Source: Octopus sinensis
Lineage: Eukaryota
Reading direction: 5' to 3'
Length of the DNA: 64,000 nt
Assembly: GCF_006345805.1 (NCBI RefSeq)
Contig: NC_043004.1
Coordinates: 70,246,001-70,310,000, forward strand
Shown: one piece after another, positions 39,330 to 52,659 of the stretch
Numbering within the stretch: position 1 is the first letter of the stretch
How the letters are laid out: each line of letters starts with the position of its first letter
Made by a program: the position numbers and the translations under genes
The notes under the pieces: model-generated
Told to the model about the DNA's origin: nothing
Seen by the model: only the letters and a program-made list of their open reading frames with translations
Databases searched by the model: none

Positions 39330-39700
39330 CCAATGAGAAAGGGGCTCCTCCAATGGATCTCTGGACAAATGTTATTCAACAGGGTGCGTAGCTCAGAGAT
39401 AAGGGAGTCTCTACAAGTTGAGTGGCTATTTCTCCATATTGAGAGTTCAAAGCTTCAGTACTACAGACATGTAATTATAGTGTCACAGAAATGAATCACG
39501 AGACAGATTCTTGAAGCCAAACCAACTGGCACGAGACACAGAGGTTGGCCAAGAACAAGATGGCTGGATAATATCTATGGTCTCAGTTAGTCGCACTTGG
39601 GAATTTAGTTAGAAAGTCTAATGACAATTGCTTCTGATAAGATCCTATGGTGGAGGGGCCTAAGAACTCTACCCCCATGAGTCTTCTATGGATGGATGCA
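39330..39700 (+). pseudogene. Degenerate RTE LINE C-terminal fragment (different subfamily)
   Basis: Translation FNRVRSSEIRESLQVE...RQILEAKPTGTRHRGWPRTRWLDNI matches the RTE C-terminal GxRxRGRPRxRWxD pattern. Confidence 0.65.
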
Positions 39701-39869
39701 TGATATATGAGTAATAATTTTATAGCCCCCAAATATTACAATGGCTTGCTCAAATAATGATGTTTAAATGTTAAAATTCCTTGGAGCTAGTCTGAGGATT
39801 TCTATCGCTTTATTCTTAAAAAAAAACCCCACAGAATTAATTTTTTTTTTACTTTGGTCAGTAAGCGTT

Positions 39870-40270
39870 ACATCCAATTTGTTTTTATCTAGAAATCAAA
39901 GGAAATGACTACTATTGCCGTCAAACTTTGCTTTTGTCACTTGGACATCAATGTCTTGAAACTGACCTATTTTCCATTACATTTCAGACAGATTCAGTGC
40001 TGAGTTGATGAAGCAGAAATATCATTATAACAAATATTCTGCTCAATACCACAGATTTGCTTGTTAATTGTTTGACCTTAACCACTTGAGCTTGTCCCTT
40101 AGTGACTGACAATATGTGCATCTCTGATTAAGAGCAGAAGTAGTGGGGGAGCATCATAGCCATGTATTGAGAGCGATTCTCAACAATGTAACAAAAGTAG
40201 AGTTTGAAGGAAATTTTAGCTACTTCTACTTTCCAGGGGTAAGCAAACAGGAAATGACAGTTGCTACTCA
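39870..40270. repeat. Interspersed repeat, probably DNA-transposon-derived; inverted copy about 17290-17600
   Basis: gctcaataccacagatttgcttg...aaccacttgagcttgtccctt...gtgcatct...gagcatcatagccatgt matches the reverse complement of 17420-17545. Confidence 0.55.
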
Positions 40271-43200
40271 AGGACAAAAACCATGTTACACAATGTTATT
40301 AACAATAGGTGATATAATAATTATGCTATCAAATATCACTTTACATTAAAAGGTTTAACAATTATTTCATTCTTAATTGTCTCCTAATATTTTATTCTCA
40401 ACCAACAGCGTTTCGATATCACAATAACAAGTCATGTAGACAGAGTGTCAAAGGCTAAAATAGTAATTGAATAACTCAATATGTTTTGTATATAATTAAT
40501 AGAGATTGCTGTTTGGTTAAGAAACTTGCCTTGCGACCCACATGCTTTCAGGTTCAGTCCCACTGTGCAGCACCTTGGGAAAGTGTCTTCTACTATGGCC
40601 CCAGGGTAATTAAAGCTTTGTGAGGGAATTTGGTTGATGGAAACTGTGTGGAAACCTATTGTGTGTGAGTGTGTATGTGTGTGTGTATGTGTGTACATGT
40701 GTGTGTTTGTGTGTGTATGTGCCTGTCTGTTTGTGTGTGTGTGTTTGTGTGTTCATGTGTACATGTGTGTGTGTGTGCCTGTCTTTATGTTTGTGTTTGA
40801 ACCCACTCACTACTTGACATCTGGTATTAGTTTGTTTACATTCCCTTAACTTAGTGGATCAACAAAAAGTATTGACAGAATAAGTACCAGGCAGCAATTT
40901 TTTTTGATTAACCCTTTAAAAGGTAATGCCCCAGCATGGTCACAGTCCAATGAATGAAAGAAGTAAAAGACAAAAGATAAAAGAATGAACAGATGCAGGA
41001 GTGATTGTGTGGTAAGTAGCTTGCTTACCAACCACATGGTTCTGGGTTCAGTCCCACTGCATGGCACCTTGGGCAAGTGTCTCCTACTATAGCCTTGGAC
41101 CAACCAAAGCCTTGTGAGTGGATTTGGTAGACGGAAACTGAAAGAAGCCCATTGTATATATATATATATTTTATTTTTATTTCCTGAGCGCCATACTAAT
41201 ACAATTGTTTGTTTGTTTTCCACCTGCCTTCGTCTTTTGTCTATTTTCATAAAGCTTCCCGTTATATAAATATGTGTGTGTGTGTGTGTCTGTGTTTGTC
41301 CCCGCAACATCGCTTAACAACCGATGCTGGTGTGTTTATGTCCATGTAACTTAGTGGTTCGGCAAAAGAGACCGATAGAAATAGTACTAGGCTTACAAAG
41401 AATAAGTCCTGGGATTGATTTGTTCGGCTAAAGGTGGTGCTCCAGCATGGCCACAGTCAAATGACTGAAACAAATAAAAGAATAAAAGAATAAGAGAATA
41501 AATTGGCAATGCTAAGGTCAGTTAGTTTCACAGACAGGAAAAGTGGGATAAACAGGAAGTGACCTGAGGACTTGGAGCCAGACAAGATTAATTAGTACAC
41601 CTTTAATCTTCTCTTAAACCATCTTGGTGAGATTTAGCATTAGAATCTGATAAAAGAATGGATCTGATCCAGCTCTTGTATGATGGCAGGAGTGCAATAC
41701 TCTACCCTAGTCAAAGGTGTGTGACTCCATTGCCATCACCAAATACCACAACCATCACCACCACCTAGTGGACTATCTTAATGCAAAATAACCTGATGAG
41801 GAGGAGGAGGAGGAAGAAGAGGAGGTGGAGGACATGGTGATGATGATGATGATGATGTTGATGACAGGAAGATGCTGAGGAGAATGAATGGACTTGGCTA
41901 CAATATTCATCCAAGACCTTCATCTCTACATTGTCACTCATCACCACTACTACTGTTACTACTACTACTACTTACTATTACTGCAATGGTTACTACTACT
42001 ACTACTACTGTTGCTGCTAGAACATAATCTGCAGCTGCCAATTAAGAATTTAAAAAAAAAATTAATCTGTTATCACTATCATTACCATTGAATTTCTTTT
42101 CGGAATATCTATCAAACTCATTAAAGTCTAACTTAATTAAACCATAATTAAACCTTGTATCCAATTACTTTCCAGGGAATACCTTCCCATATACTTTTTA
42201 AATGCTTATATATATATTTGTTCGTTTTCAGCTCCTTTCTAAGTAACTGTGAAAAAGAAAATGAAAAAGGAGGCAAAGAAGGATTGAAAAATGACAGAAA
42301 GAAAGAATGAAGAAAGAAAGAAAGAATGAAGAGAGAAAGAATGAAGAGAGAAAGAAAGAATGAAGAGAGAAAGAATGAAGAGAGAAAGAAGAAAGAAAGA
42401 AAGAGGACAAAGGACTAAAGGTCTTTGAGTTTTCTAACTCCAAAGAAAAAATAGTTTTAATTTAATTTCATATAAAATATAAAATTTTCTTTGTTCTGAG
42501 ATTATACTTTGTAATGAGGCAGATGGCTCAGTAGTTAGAGCATCAGGCTCACAATCATAAGGTAGTGAGTTCAATCCCTGGACCAGGTTGTGTATTATGT
42601 TTTTGAGCAAGACACTTTATTTCACATTGCTCCAGTTCACTCAGCTGAAAAAAATGAATTGCGACATCTCTGGTGCCAAGCTGTATCGGCCCCTTTGCCT
42701 TTCCCTTGGATAACATTGGTGGCATGGAGAGGAGAGGCTCCTGCTCAAAGTGAGCCTTTACTCTTTACCCCATGTACATATAATGGCATAGAGAGGGAAA
42801 GCTGGTATGAATGTGTGACTGCTGGTCTTCCATAAACAACCTTGTCTGAAATTGTACCCTGGAGGGGAACTTTCTAGATGCAATCCCATGGTCATTTATA
42901 ACTGAAGGGGCTTTTTATTGTATGTGTAAAATGAATTATATACACCCACTGGTACTCAACAGGTCATTTTTCCTACCAGATCAGTCATATACTAAATTTG
43001 GTTTTGCTCTTTGCTCTTTCCTTTCTCTACATCAATGATTTACTTGCTGTCATGTCCACCATGCCCACCTCACACAAATGACACCATCCCTTAGTCCTTC
43101 CTTAAACCTTACAACATCTACATTCCCAAACCATACAACATCTACTCACAACTACATGCCAGACCAGGTATGAGACATTTTGGTGCAACCTCTTTTGGTG

Positions 43201-45048
43201 TTGCAAATTTTGTGCCACTGAGTCGATGCTGACTTACTTGACATCAGACATCTTAATGCTTTTCTCTCTCTCAGTTTATGTGTGTGAGTGTATATCTCTT
43301 TTTATATATGAAGAGAGGAAAAATATTTGTCAACCATGTTCAATTAACAAATAATAATATTTCTCTCTCTCACCCCTCTTTTCTCCTTCTCGCCCTCACT
43401 CTTTTTGTCTTTCACCCTCTCTCTGTTCTCTCACGCTCTTCTTTCTCCCTCTCACTCTTTCCTTCTCTCTCTCACTCTTGCTTTATTCTCTCACTGTCTC
43501 TGTCAGCAAGCATATATTTCTGCACATGTGTGTGTGTATGTATTTGCATCCAATGCAAAAAGTCTTGTCACGCAAACAGTCTCAATGTCCAGTCAGCCAT
43601 GCCAAATTGCCAGTGTCCAAACAATCACACCCCATCGTCTCTTCCTATGTCATACCTGCAAAGATTCCATAAACAGAGACATTATAAGCAACCTCCAATG
43701 AAGATATGTCAATCTTGTCTCTTTCAACAGTTTGTTGTTTGTTCCTTCTCGAGCCATGCCTGGCTCATAAGGGCCGGTTTCCCGGTTTCTTGGCGTATAG
43801 GTTCCCCACCTGTACGGGATGCCAGTCTGTCACAGATGAGCTGCAAGATGCAGGAGGAAAGAGTGAGAGAAAGTTGTGGCAAAAGAGTCAGCAGAAGTTC
43901 GCCATTACCTTCTGTCGGAGCCGCGTGGAGCTTAGGTGTTTTCACTCATAAACACACACATCACCCGGTCTGAGATTCGAACGTGCAATCCCTCGACCGC
44001 GAGTCTGCTGCTCTAACCACTAGGCCATGTGCCTCCACCTCTTTCAACAGTAAGAATACACAAATGCTACACACATCAAGACAACATCATCATATCACAC
44101 AACCTAAATACGAGCCACATGTGACTAAAGCCATCACAATTGCTCCAGTATTAGATCTAAGAATCATAATGACTCTCTTTTGGCAAAAGCATATCCTTGA
44201 CATAGGACAGACTGCATCCCAATAACTGACTTTTCTCTTCAGAGCCAGATGTTTCAGTCTCCAACAGTAATGAAATGCAACAAAGCTTAGGTGAGGCTTG
44301 CAATGGAGTGTTTACATTGTTAGTTCACTCACAGCGGGGTTTTGTTTTATTTAAATCTATCTCAGTTCTAATTTAATTTGTGTGTGCATGAGTGTGTGTG
44401 TATGTGTGCATGTCACCATCATTAATGTCACTTTTCCATGCTTGCATGTATATGTACACACACACACACACACATAACTACACACTGTGTTTTATGTCAA
44501 AATATGTACTATGTATATATATATGTATATATATATATATATAATATATATATATATATATACATATACTTTTACTCTTTTACTTTTTCAGTCATTTGAC
44601 TGCGACCATGCTGGAGTACCGCCTTTAGTCGAGCAAATCGACCCCAGGACTTATTCTTTGTAAGCCTAGTACTTATTCTATTAGTTGCTTTTGCCAAACT
44701 GCTAAGTTACAGGGATGTAAGCACACCAGCATCGGTTGTCACACAATGTTCTGGGGACAAACACAGACACACAAACATATACACACACACATATATATAT
44801 ATATATAAATATACACGACGGACTCCTTTCAGTTTCCGTCAACCCAATCCACTCACATGACTTTGGTTGGCCCGAGGCTATAGTGGAAGACACTTGCCCA
44901 AGGTGCCACGCAGTGGGAATGAACCCAGAACCATGTGGTTAGTAAGCAAGCTACTTGCCACACAGCCACTCCTAATATATATATATATTTCATATTTTAC
45001 CCTTACATTTCCACGTGTATTTTATATTTTCTTTTTGTAACATATTTC

Positions 45049-45091
<43 letters not shown>

Positions 45092-46231
45092 GCCTTATGT
45101 TTTAATGATTTCTTATCCCTTTCTTAGCTTCTACAGAAGTTGTTGTTGAAACTCGATGTGTGTCAATGAACACTTTGACTTATGTAGAACATTATAACAA
45201 ATACAGGGATTTACTGATGCGAAATGGTATGGCACAGAGGAAGAAGGCAAAGCAAAAAGCTAAGTGGGTGATGATGATGGTGGTGGTGGCGAGGAGGATG
45301 ATAATGATGAGGACAACAACAACAGCAACAATGATGGAGACAAAGTCAAAGATAACAAGGAGTGGGGGGAGGAGGAAGATTCAGAAAGTAAAGTAGGTGA
45401 AAGAAGAAAACAAAATTAAATGAAAAGAAATAAGAATAAAAATCTCAAAGACAACAGAAAGCTCCAAGGAAAATCTATATTCTATGTTAAATGAAAATTC
45501 AGAAAGTAATAACAGATTGGGTGTCCATTTGCTTAGATTTTTGGAATCTGAAATCCAATGTATACTGCAAGTACATCTAAAAAGATGAGACTGAAAAGAA
45601 GAAAGAAGAAGGAAGCAATTCTGCCGCCCATCAGTTAGTTGTACATATGGACGAATCTCATATGTAGGTCAGTGCCAATGGGAAGATGACTGCATTTTCT
45701 TGTTAAGGTAGTTTTTGTTTCTTCATTTTTATTTTACTCTCTCATCTTTATTTTTGCCTCCTTCCAACTTCTTAACGCATTTCTAAATGAACCAACACCA
45801 CCACCACCACCACCATTGCCCAACCATTTTCACTAAATTTTGGTAGCCGTTTTACCTTATTCGGTGTACAAAGCCTATTTGAAGCCTGTCGTTATTATTG
45901 CTAGAGGTTAGAGTATTCAACCCACAATTGTAAGGTCGTGAGTTCAATTTCCAGTGGTGCATTGTATCCTTGAGCAAGGCACTTTATTTTATGTTGTTCC
46001 AGTTCACTCATCTGGCAAAAATGTGTAGTGCCTGTATTTCAAAGGGCCAGCCTGAGAACTACATCTAGGGTCTTCGTGTCTGTGGAGTGCTCAGCCACTT
46101 GCACATTAATTTCCTGGCCAAGCTGTTCTATCGATCAAATCAACTGGAGCCCTCATCAATATAACTGGTTGTTGTTGTTGTTATTATTATCATTATCATC
46201 ATCATCAACATCATCAATATTATTATTATTA

Positions 46232-46262
<31 letters not shown>

Positions 46263-46273
46263 TTTTTTTTTAA

Positions 46274-46500
46274 GGCAGCGAGCTGGCAGAATCGTTAGCA
46301 CACTAGGTGAAATACTCAGTGGTATTTCATCTGCCACTATGTTCTGAGTTCAATTTCCACCAAGGTCGACTTTGCTTTTCATTCTTTCAGGATTGATTAA
46401 ATAAGTACCAGTTATGCACTAGGGTTGATGTAATCGACTTACCTCCCACTCCCCACAAATTTCAGGCCTTATGCCTATAATAGAAAGGATTATTATTATT
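46274..46500 (+). mobile_element. tRNA-headed SINE (family B); many copies, e.g. 16375-16590+, 18950-19140+, 20345-20552-, 26370-26600-, 34365-34575+, 35845-36078-, 47310-47520+, 53515-53718+, 55855-56070-
   Basis: Shared ggcagcgagctggcagaatcgttagc...ttctgagttcaaattc...ctttgcctttcatcctttcggggtcgat...aagtaccag body with an (att)n tail. Confidence 0.8.
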
Positions 46501-49500
46501 ATTATCATTATTTAGGCGGTGAGATGGCGGAATTGTTAACACACTGGCCAAAGTGCTTAGTGGCATTTCATCACACCTTGTTCTTAGTTCAGATTTCATC
46601 CAAGATGATTTTGCCTTTCATCTCCTTGGAGGTGGGGTCAATAAAATAAGTACCAGTTGAGCACTGGGATCAATGTAATTGACTAGCCCCTTCCCCCCAA
46701 ATTTCAGGCCTGAAAAGAAAAAGGTCATTGGTGCTGCCCTTCTTCCTCTGAACTAACATATATGAGTTTAAGTTTTTGTCTAAAGTAGGATGATTGAGAG
46801 ATGCCAAACATTTAAATGTAGACTAGTGCTGGGTTAATTATACTTATAACTAGGTACATTTGGGTACGGGGATGACCTCCAGGAAGTAACTGAGAGACAT
46901 AGTCCAAACTTTAAAACTTTACCTGTTAGAAGGCACTGGATTTGTATGAGTTACAAAAGAACAACAACCTCTGTAACAGAGAACCAATGAGAGAATCAAA
47001 TTTGTGAAAAATAGCAGCCAAATCCCTCTCAAATCCCACTATACTATCTTAAATAAGAAAGGATACACTGATCAGTGTAATTTCTGATATATGAAAAAAA
47101 TGAGGATGGTTACAATTGGAATGAATTTTATCATTGGTCGACTAAATCAGGGATGATTTAGAAATAAATAGCAATAAAAGCAACCTCTTTAGAAATAGCA
47201 ACCAAATCTACTACAATTTATATCTTACTCTCTTTCATACATGGAAAGTTTGGAATGTCTTTGATCATAGGCTTGCTTAATCAATAGTGGCCGAAGGCTA
47301 AACAGTAACAAGCTGGCAAAATTGTTAGCATGCTGGACAAAATGCTGCTAAGTATTTTGTCTGTCTTTATGTTCTGAATTCAAATTCTGTCAAGGTCAAC
47401 GTTGCTCTTCATCCTTTTGGGGGTCAATAAAATATGCACCGGTTGAGCACTGGGTCAGTATAATCAACTAGCCCCTCCCCTAAAATTTCAGGCCTTGTGC
47501 CTATAGTAGAAAGGATATCTTGTATTTAGGGGACGTGTACCTAAAATTCTCTCACTTTATAGAATATTTATTATTTTAGTGACCATTGTAAAAGGAAAAA
47601 AGTTTCAAATCACATGAAACACAAAAACAGACAACAAAAACAAACAAAAAAAAACCAGTTTTACATTACCCACGAGATTAGGAGACATTGATGCTTACCT
47701 GGAAAGAAGAAAAGAAAAGAAAAATTATAAATCATACTGATTAAAAGTTATTATATTTACAAAGAAACCACAGGTAAAAGTTACAACATTGAAGACAAAC
47801 TGAAAAAACATCATTACAAACTACACAAGGCTATGATTCATTGATGAGATCAACATAAAATTAAAACTAATCAGAAGTTGTCTCCTATATTTGTCAAAAA
47901 TGTATACATTATAAGTCAATGAGTAGTATTCTTTCTTTCTCACTGCATTTTTATTTATTTATTCTATAATGATAGAGAATTTATCTAGAGATCTCATCTT
48001 CATACATACATTTATTAACCTAAATGCCAACACAATGAGTACTCACTATTTGCCTAAATGTTTTATCTAGTGCCATTGAGAGAGCATAAGTCTACTACTG
48101 CCAACTTTATGCCTATTGCACATTACACCTGCAGCAAGGGCTAATGCAATAGAGCGGGGACAGACACATCCTTAGTCATGGCAGATAGCACTTGGAAAAA
48201 CCACCAGCTCATTTACTATTACATCTCCAAAAGAGCCCATCCTTGATAAACTATGGTATAAAAGACGTATTAGAGTATCTTCATAAAACTCTCTACCAAA
48301 CTGCATAATGGCACAGAAACATCAACACCTTCCAGATGCCCCTATAAACTAGTATGGAGGCCGCTCTTATACATACATACCCAACAGTTTTCTCTGCCAC
48401 TAATACCTAAGTCCTCAATGATCTAGGAATGATACTTGAGGGAATTCTACTCTGCATACCAGGCTGTCCTCTTCAGAATAGAACAGATATGAACCCTGAA
48501 CCTACAGGGCTTTTAGTGTTACTATGAGTCCCATGAAAACTAACAACTCTTTCTGGTGTCAATCTTAACATGTTGACCTTTGACTATTTTAAATAATTGC
48601 TGACACAAAGTGAAGGAACCCTTAAGCCCAAATCAATATAGAATAAGGAAGACTATTTTAGAAGTTTCTGCTGTTTATTGCAGAAAGCAAACCCACACAG
48701 TCTGGTTTCTAAAAATATGGCTTTCTTTCTACATTTTCCCCTGATAATGCATCAATTCAATTCATTTACAATATCAGTTTGCTTGCATAAACAGAGTGCT
48801 CTGTTAGGAGTTAGGTTTGTAATTTCTGGATGTATATGTTAGGTACATGACAAAGAGGACAGTTTGAACAACTAAGCAATATTAGCACTGAGAAGATATC
48901 TGCATGTATATATTCTTTTATTTGTTTCAGTCATTTGACTGTAGCCACACTGGAGCACCGCCTTTACATTTATATACATACATGCATATATGTAAATATA
49001 TATATATATATATATATACATGGTTATGCAAACACGCACACATGCATGCATGAACACGTACATAGACATAGCCTTGTCACACTTTGTGCTGTGTTGATTC
49101 AGGCTAAGGATTACATTTATGGATACAAGTTTCTGTGGAGTATTCAGCCATTTGACTATAATAATAGGTAGTTTCCATTGATGTAATAACTGAAACACTC
49201 ATCATCACCACCAAAACCACCATCACCACCACCATCACCACCACCACCACTATCACTGCCACCATTGCTGCCACCACCACTACCACCACCACCAGCCTCA
49301 TCATTTAGTACAATACCAGCTAACGGATGTCTATGCTACACTCATTAGGAAACAATCCAGTTGTTATCCACAGTACAAAGTTAGTGTTAGCTTAACACAT
49401 TTCTATACCTGTAATACTAACTTTAAAAGCATAGAATGAAATAATCTTTAAACTAAAGAATAGAAAAGCAAATATTGACAGAGCACCCGTCTCCACCATT

Positions 49501-49808
49501 TACCAATATAAACAAAACAGCTATAAACTCCACCATCCCACTTAGCCTTTCAGTCTTATGATACCTCCTACTGCAGTAAATCTATATCATTGATTAACAG
49601 ATGTTTACATTGCTCTAGTCAGAAAGTTAAGTAAGTCTTATGATCTCTAATTACTCAGCTACTTTTCAATTAACCGATTCCAGGGAGAAAAAATGCTTTC
49701 TTCCCCTTTAACAGATGTTACAGTAAACTATAATGATAAGCAACCTACTTGAAATCCAGTGCAATTAAATACACGGGGGGGGGGGGGGAATAATATACAT
49801 ACATATAT

Positions 49809-49884
<76 letters not shown>

Positions 49885-50156
49885 CAGAGAGGATTAAAAT
49901 GGGTGTCAGCCTTAATGTTTATCAAGGGACCTTCATTGTTAAAAAAAAAAATGAAAAGAAACAACACAGTTGTCCATTGCTATAAGCAGTAGGTATAGTT
50001 CCGTATGTATGTTTGTGTATATGAAGTAAGTTGCAGTAAGTTGTCTAAAGCATATCAATAAAACTAGCCATCTGTATTCAGTGAGTTTTTGAAATGCATG
50101 CTGATGCTGTAGTATCTTTACATATATTACCAGTTGGCTATTCATGCAAGTATATA

Positions 50157-50726
50157 CATCGGGTTGTCCGGAAAGTTCGTGCTGATTTTTAAAGGAAAGA
50201 AAAAGGTCAATAAATACTCGTCATTACATTTTTAATCAACCAAATATGAACCATTTTGTTGCACAATGCGTCTCCATTTTTCCTTTAACTTGGAAATACC
50301 CTCTTCCCAGAATTGAGGTGGTTTCATGACAAAGAATTCATCAAGGTATCTTTTTACGTCATCCAAAGAATTGAAATTTTTACCATTAAGACTATTCTGC
50401 AGAGACCTAAATAAGTGGAAATCCGAAGGAGCAATATCTGGTGAATATGGAGGGTAGAGTAACACATCCCGGCCGAGCTGCAGCAATTTTTGTCTGGTTT
50501 CCAAAACATCAAGTGCCAAAAATGAACTTTCTTATCTTCCATTTTAAAGGGTTACAGAATTAACACAGGTTATAGGAACATAAACCTTCTTCCACGAAAA
50601 GATAGCTTAAACTGTGCTTTAAATGGAGGTGTAGTCAAATCCTATTTTATGAACTCAACCGTGTTCTAAAATAAGTCAAAAGGTAAGCTACTATAAATCG
50701 GCACGAACATTCTGGACAACCCAATA
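50157..50726 (-). mobile_element. Internally deleted mariner element (about 570 bp) with TIRs
   Basis: TIRs (c/t)at(c/t)gggttgtcc(g/a)gaa(a/t)gttcgtgc(t/c)gattt flanked by TA. Transposase N-terminus MEDKKVHFWHLM (from 50542) is fused to the C-terminus ETRQKLLQLG..PPYSPDIAPSDFHLF..NGSY (to 50232). Confidence 0.9.
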
Positions 50727-51302
50727 TATACATTACAAAATAGGAAAGTGGAAATTTTTTGCTATTATTTATTCTACATTACATGTGTTTTATTTGCTAA
50801 TAAAAATTACAAATAATATGCAACAGCAACTGTAACTATATATTGGATTGTAATAATGGAATAAGCAGGAAAAAGAGGAAAAAGCTGGGATTTACCCTAA
50901 CTACCTATATAATGTGTGTGTGCATCTTTTATCTTTTACTTGTTTCAGTCATTTGATTGGCCATGCTGAGGCTCAGCCTTGAAGGGTATTAGTCAAACAA
51001 ATCAGCGCCAGGACTTTCTTTTTAAAGCCTAGTATTTATTCTATAAGTTCTTTTTTTCCAAACCGCTAAGTTACAGGGACATAAACACAACCAACACCAG
51101 TTGCGAAGCAGTGGTAGGAGACAACCACAGACAGAAAGACACACACACACACATCTCCGATGCTCTTCCTTCAGTTTCTGTCCACCAAATCCACTCGCAA
51201 GACTTTGGTTGGCCCAAGGCTATTGTAGAAGACTGAACCCAGAACCATGTGGTTGTGATTGGGAAGCAATCTTCTATCCACACAGCTATGCCTGATATAT
51301 AT

Positions 51303-51336
<34 letters not shown>

Positions 51337-51346
51337 ATATATATAT

Positions 51347-51414
<68 letters not shown>

Positions 51415-51422
51415 TATATATA

Positions 51423-51455
<33 letters not shown>

Positions 51456-51489
51456 CACACACATACTGATTTTTTTAAAAGTAGAAATA

Positions 51490-51660
51490 GGCGCAGGAGT
51501 GGCTGTGTGGTAAGTAGCTTGCTAACCAACTACATGGTTCCGGGTTCAGTCCCACTGCGTGGCATCTTGGGCAAGTGTCTTCTGCTATAGCCCCGGGCCG
51601 ACCAATGCCTTGTGAGTGAATTTGGTAGACGGAAACTGAAAGAAGCCTGTCGTATATATG

Positions 51661-51691
<31 letters not shown>

Positions 51692-51905
51692 ATGTCTGTG
51701 TTTGTCCCCCTAGCATTGCTTGACAACCGATGCTGGTGTGTTTACGTCCCCGTCACTTAGCGGTTCGGCAAAAAGAGACCGATAGAATAAGTACTGGGCT
51801 TACAAAAAGAATAAGTCCCGGGGTCGAGTTGCTCGATTAAAGGCGGTGCTCCAGCATGGCCGCAGTCAAATGACTGAAACAAGTAAAAGAGTAAAAGAGA
51901 GTAAA
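51490..51905 (+). mobile_element. Complete family A SINE; other complete copies 40992-41497+, 44556-44975-, 58980-59382+
   Basis: Full head, internal (TA)n(TG)n tract and gtaaaagag tail; very similar to the 17611 and 58980 copies. Confidence 0.85.
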
Positions 51906-52139
51906 GAAAGATGTGACTGATTGCACAGCTGTCTTGCTTCTGACTAGTGTTGACGTTTGCCCTATTTTTATAGGATGTTCATGGCTCAAATTAGTATATG
52001 TTTTGTATAGAATTAGATTGGTAGAGGACAGTCACATGACTGGTCTTAGAAATTTTCGTAGGTTCTCTGCTACGTCCATGTACTAGTATCAAGTGACAAT
52101 GTTTAGCGTCTTAAGTTAAGGCTGACTAAGACATCCCAC

Positions 52140-52659
52140 TACTAAAGCAAGACTCAAGAATGAAACAAGTATTTGAAATACACAAAATAATTAAAAGTAA
52201 AAGACAATCAAAACCTCTCAAAAATTCCTCACAAGTGCTATATTACTTTCTGCAACAATCAAAAAGTGTGGCTGCCCCAATTGTGGGACTTGTATCAATC
52301 TTATCGAAGACACAACATACAAATTCAAATCAGGACATCAAATTTTTACCATAAAAGATCACTTTACATGTTCTTCAAGGAATTTTATATACACTATCAA
52401 ATGTCAAGGATGTAATGAAGATTACATAGGTCAAACAAAGCTCACTCTAAGAAATAGACTGACCTTTCACCAACAACAAATATGAGACCCCAGTACTAGA
52501 CAGATTCCACTGCGTGGACACATATGTGAAAAAAATAAGTCACTCAAATTCCAGGTCTCCTCACTCTATATAGGTTCAGCAAATACCACAGATGAAGCAC
52601 GGATAAACAAAGAGAATACTTTCATACAAAAGCATAAACCCAGACTTAACAAACTTTAA
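52140..52659 (+). pseudogene. Penelope-like element C-terminus: Cys/His linker plus GIY-YIG endonuclease
   Basis: From 52261: KKCGCPNCGTCINL...FTCSSRNFIYTIKCQGCNEDYIGQTKLTLRNRLTFHQQQI*DP...HIC...ENTFIQKHKPRLN*, with one in-frame TGA. Upstream frame gives IIKSKRQSKPL. Flanks contain an inverted segment (52078-52127 versus about 53026-53077). Confidence 0.85.
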
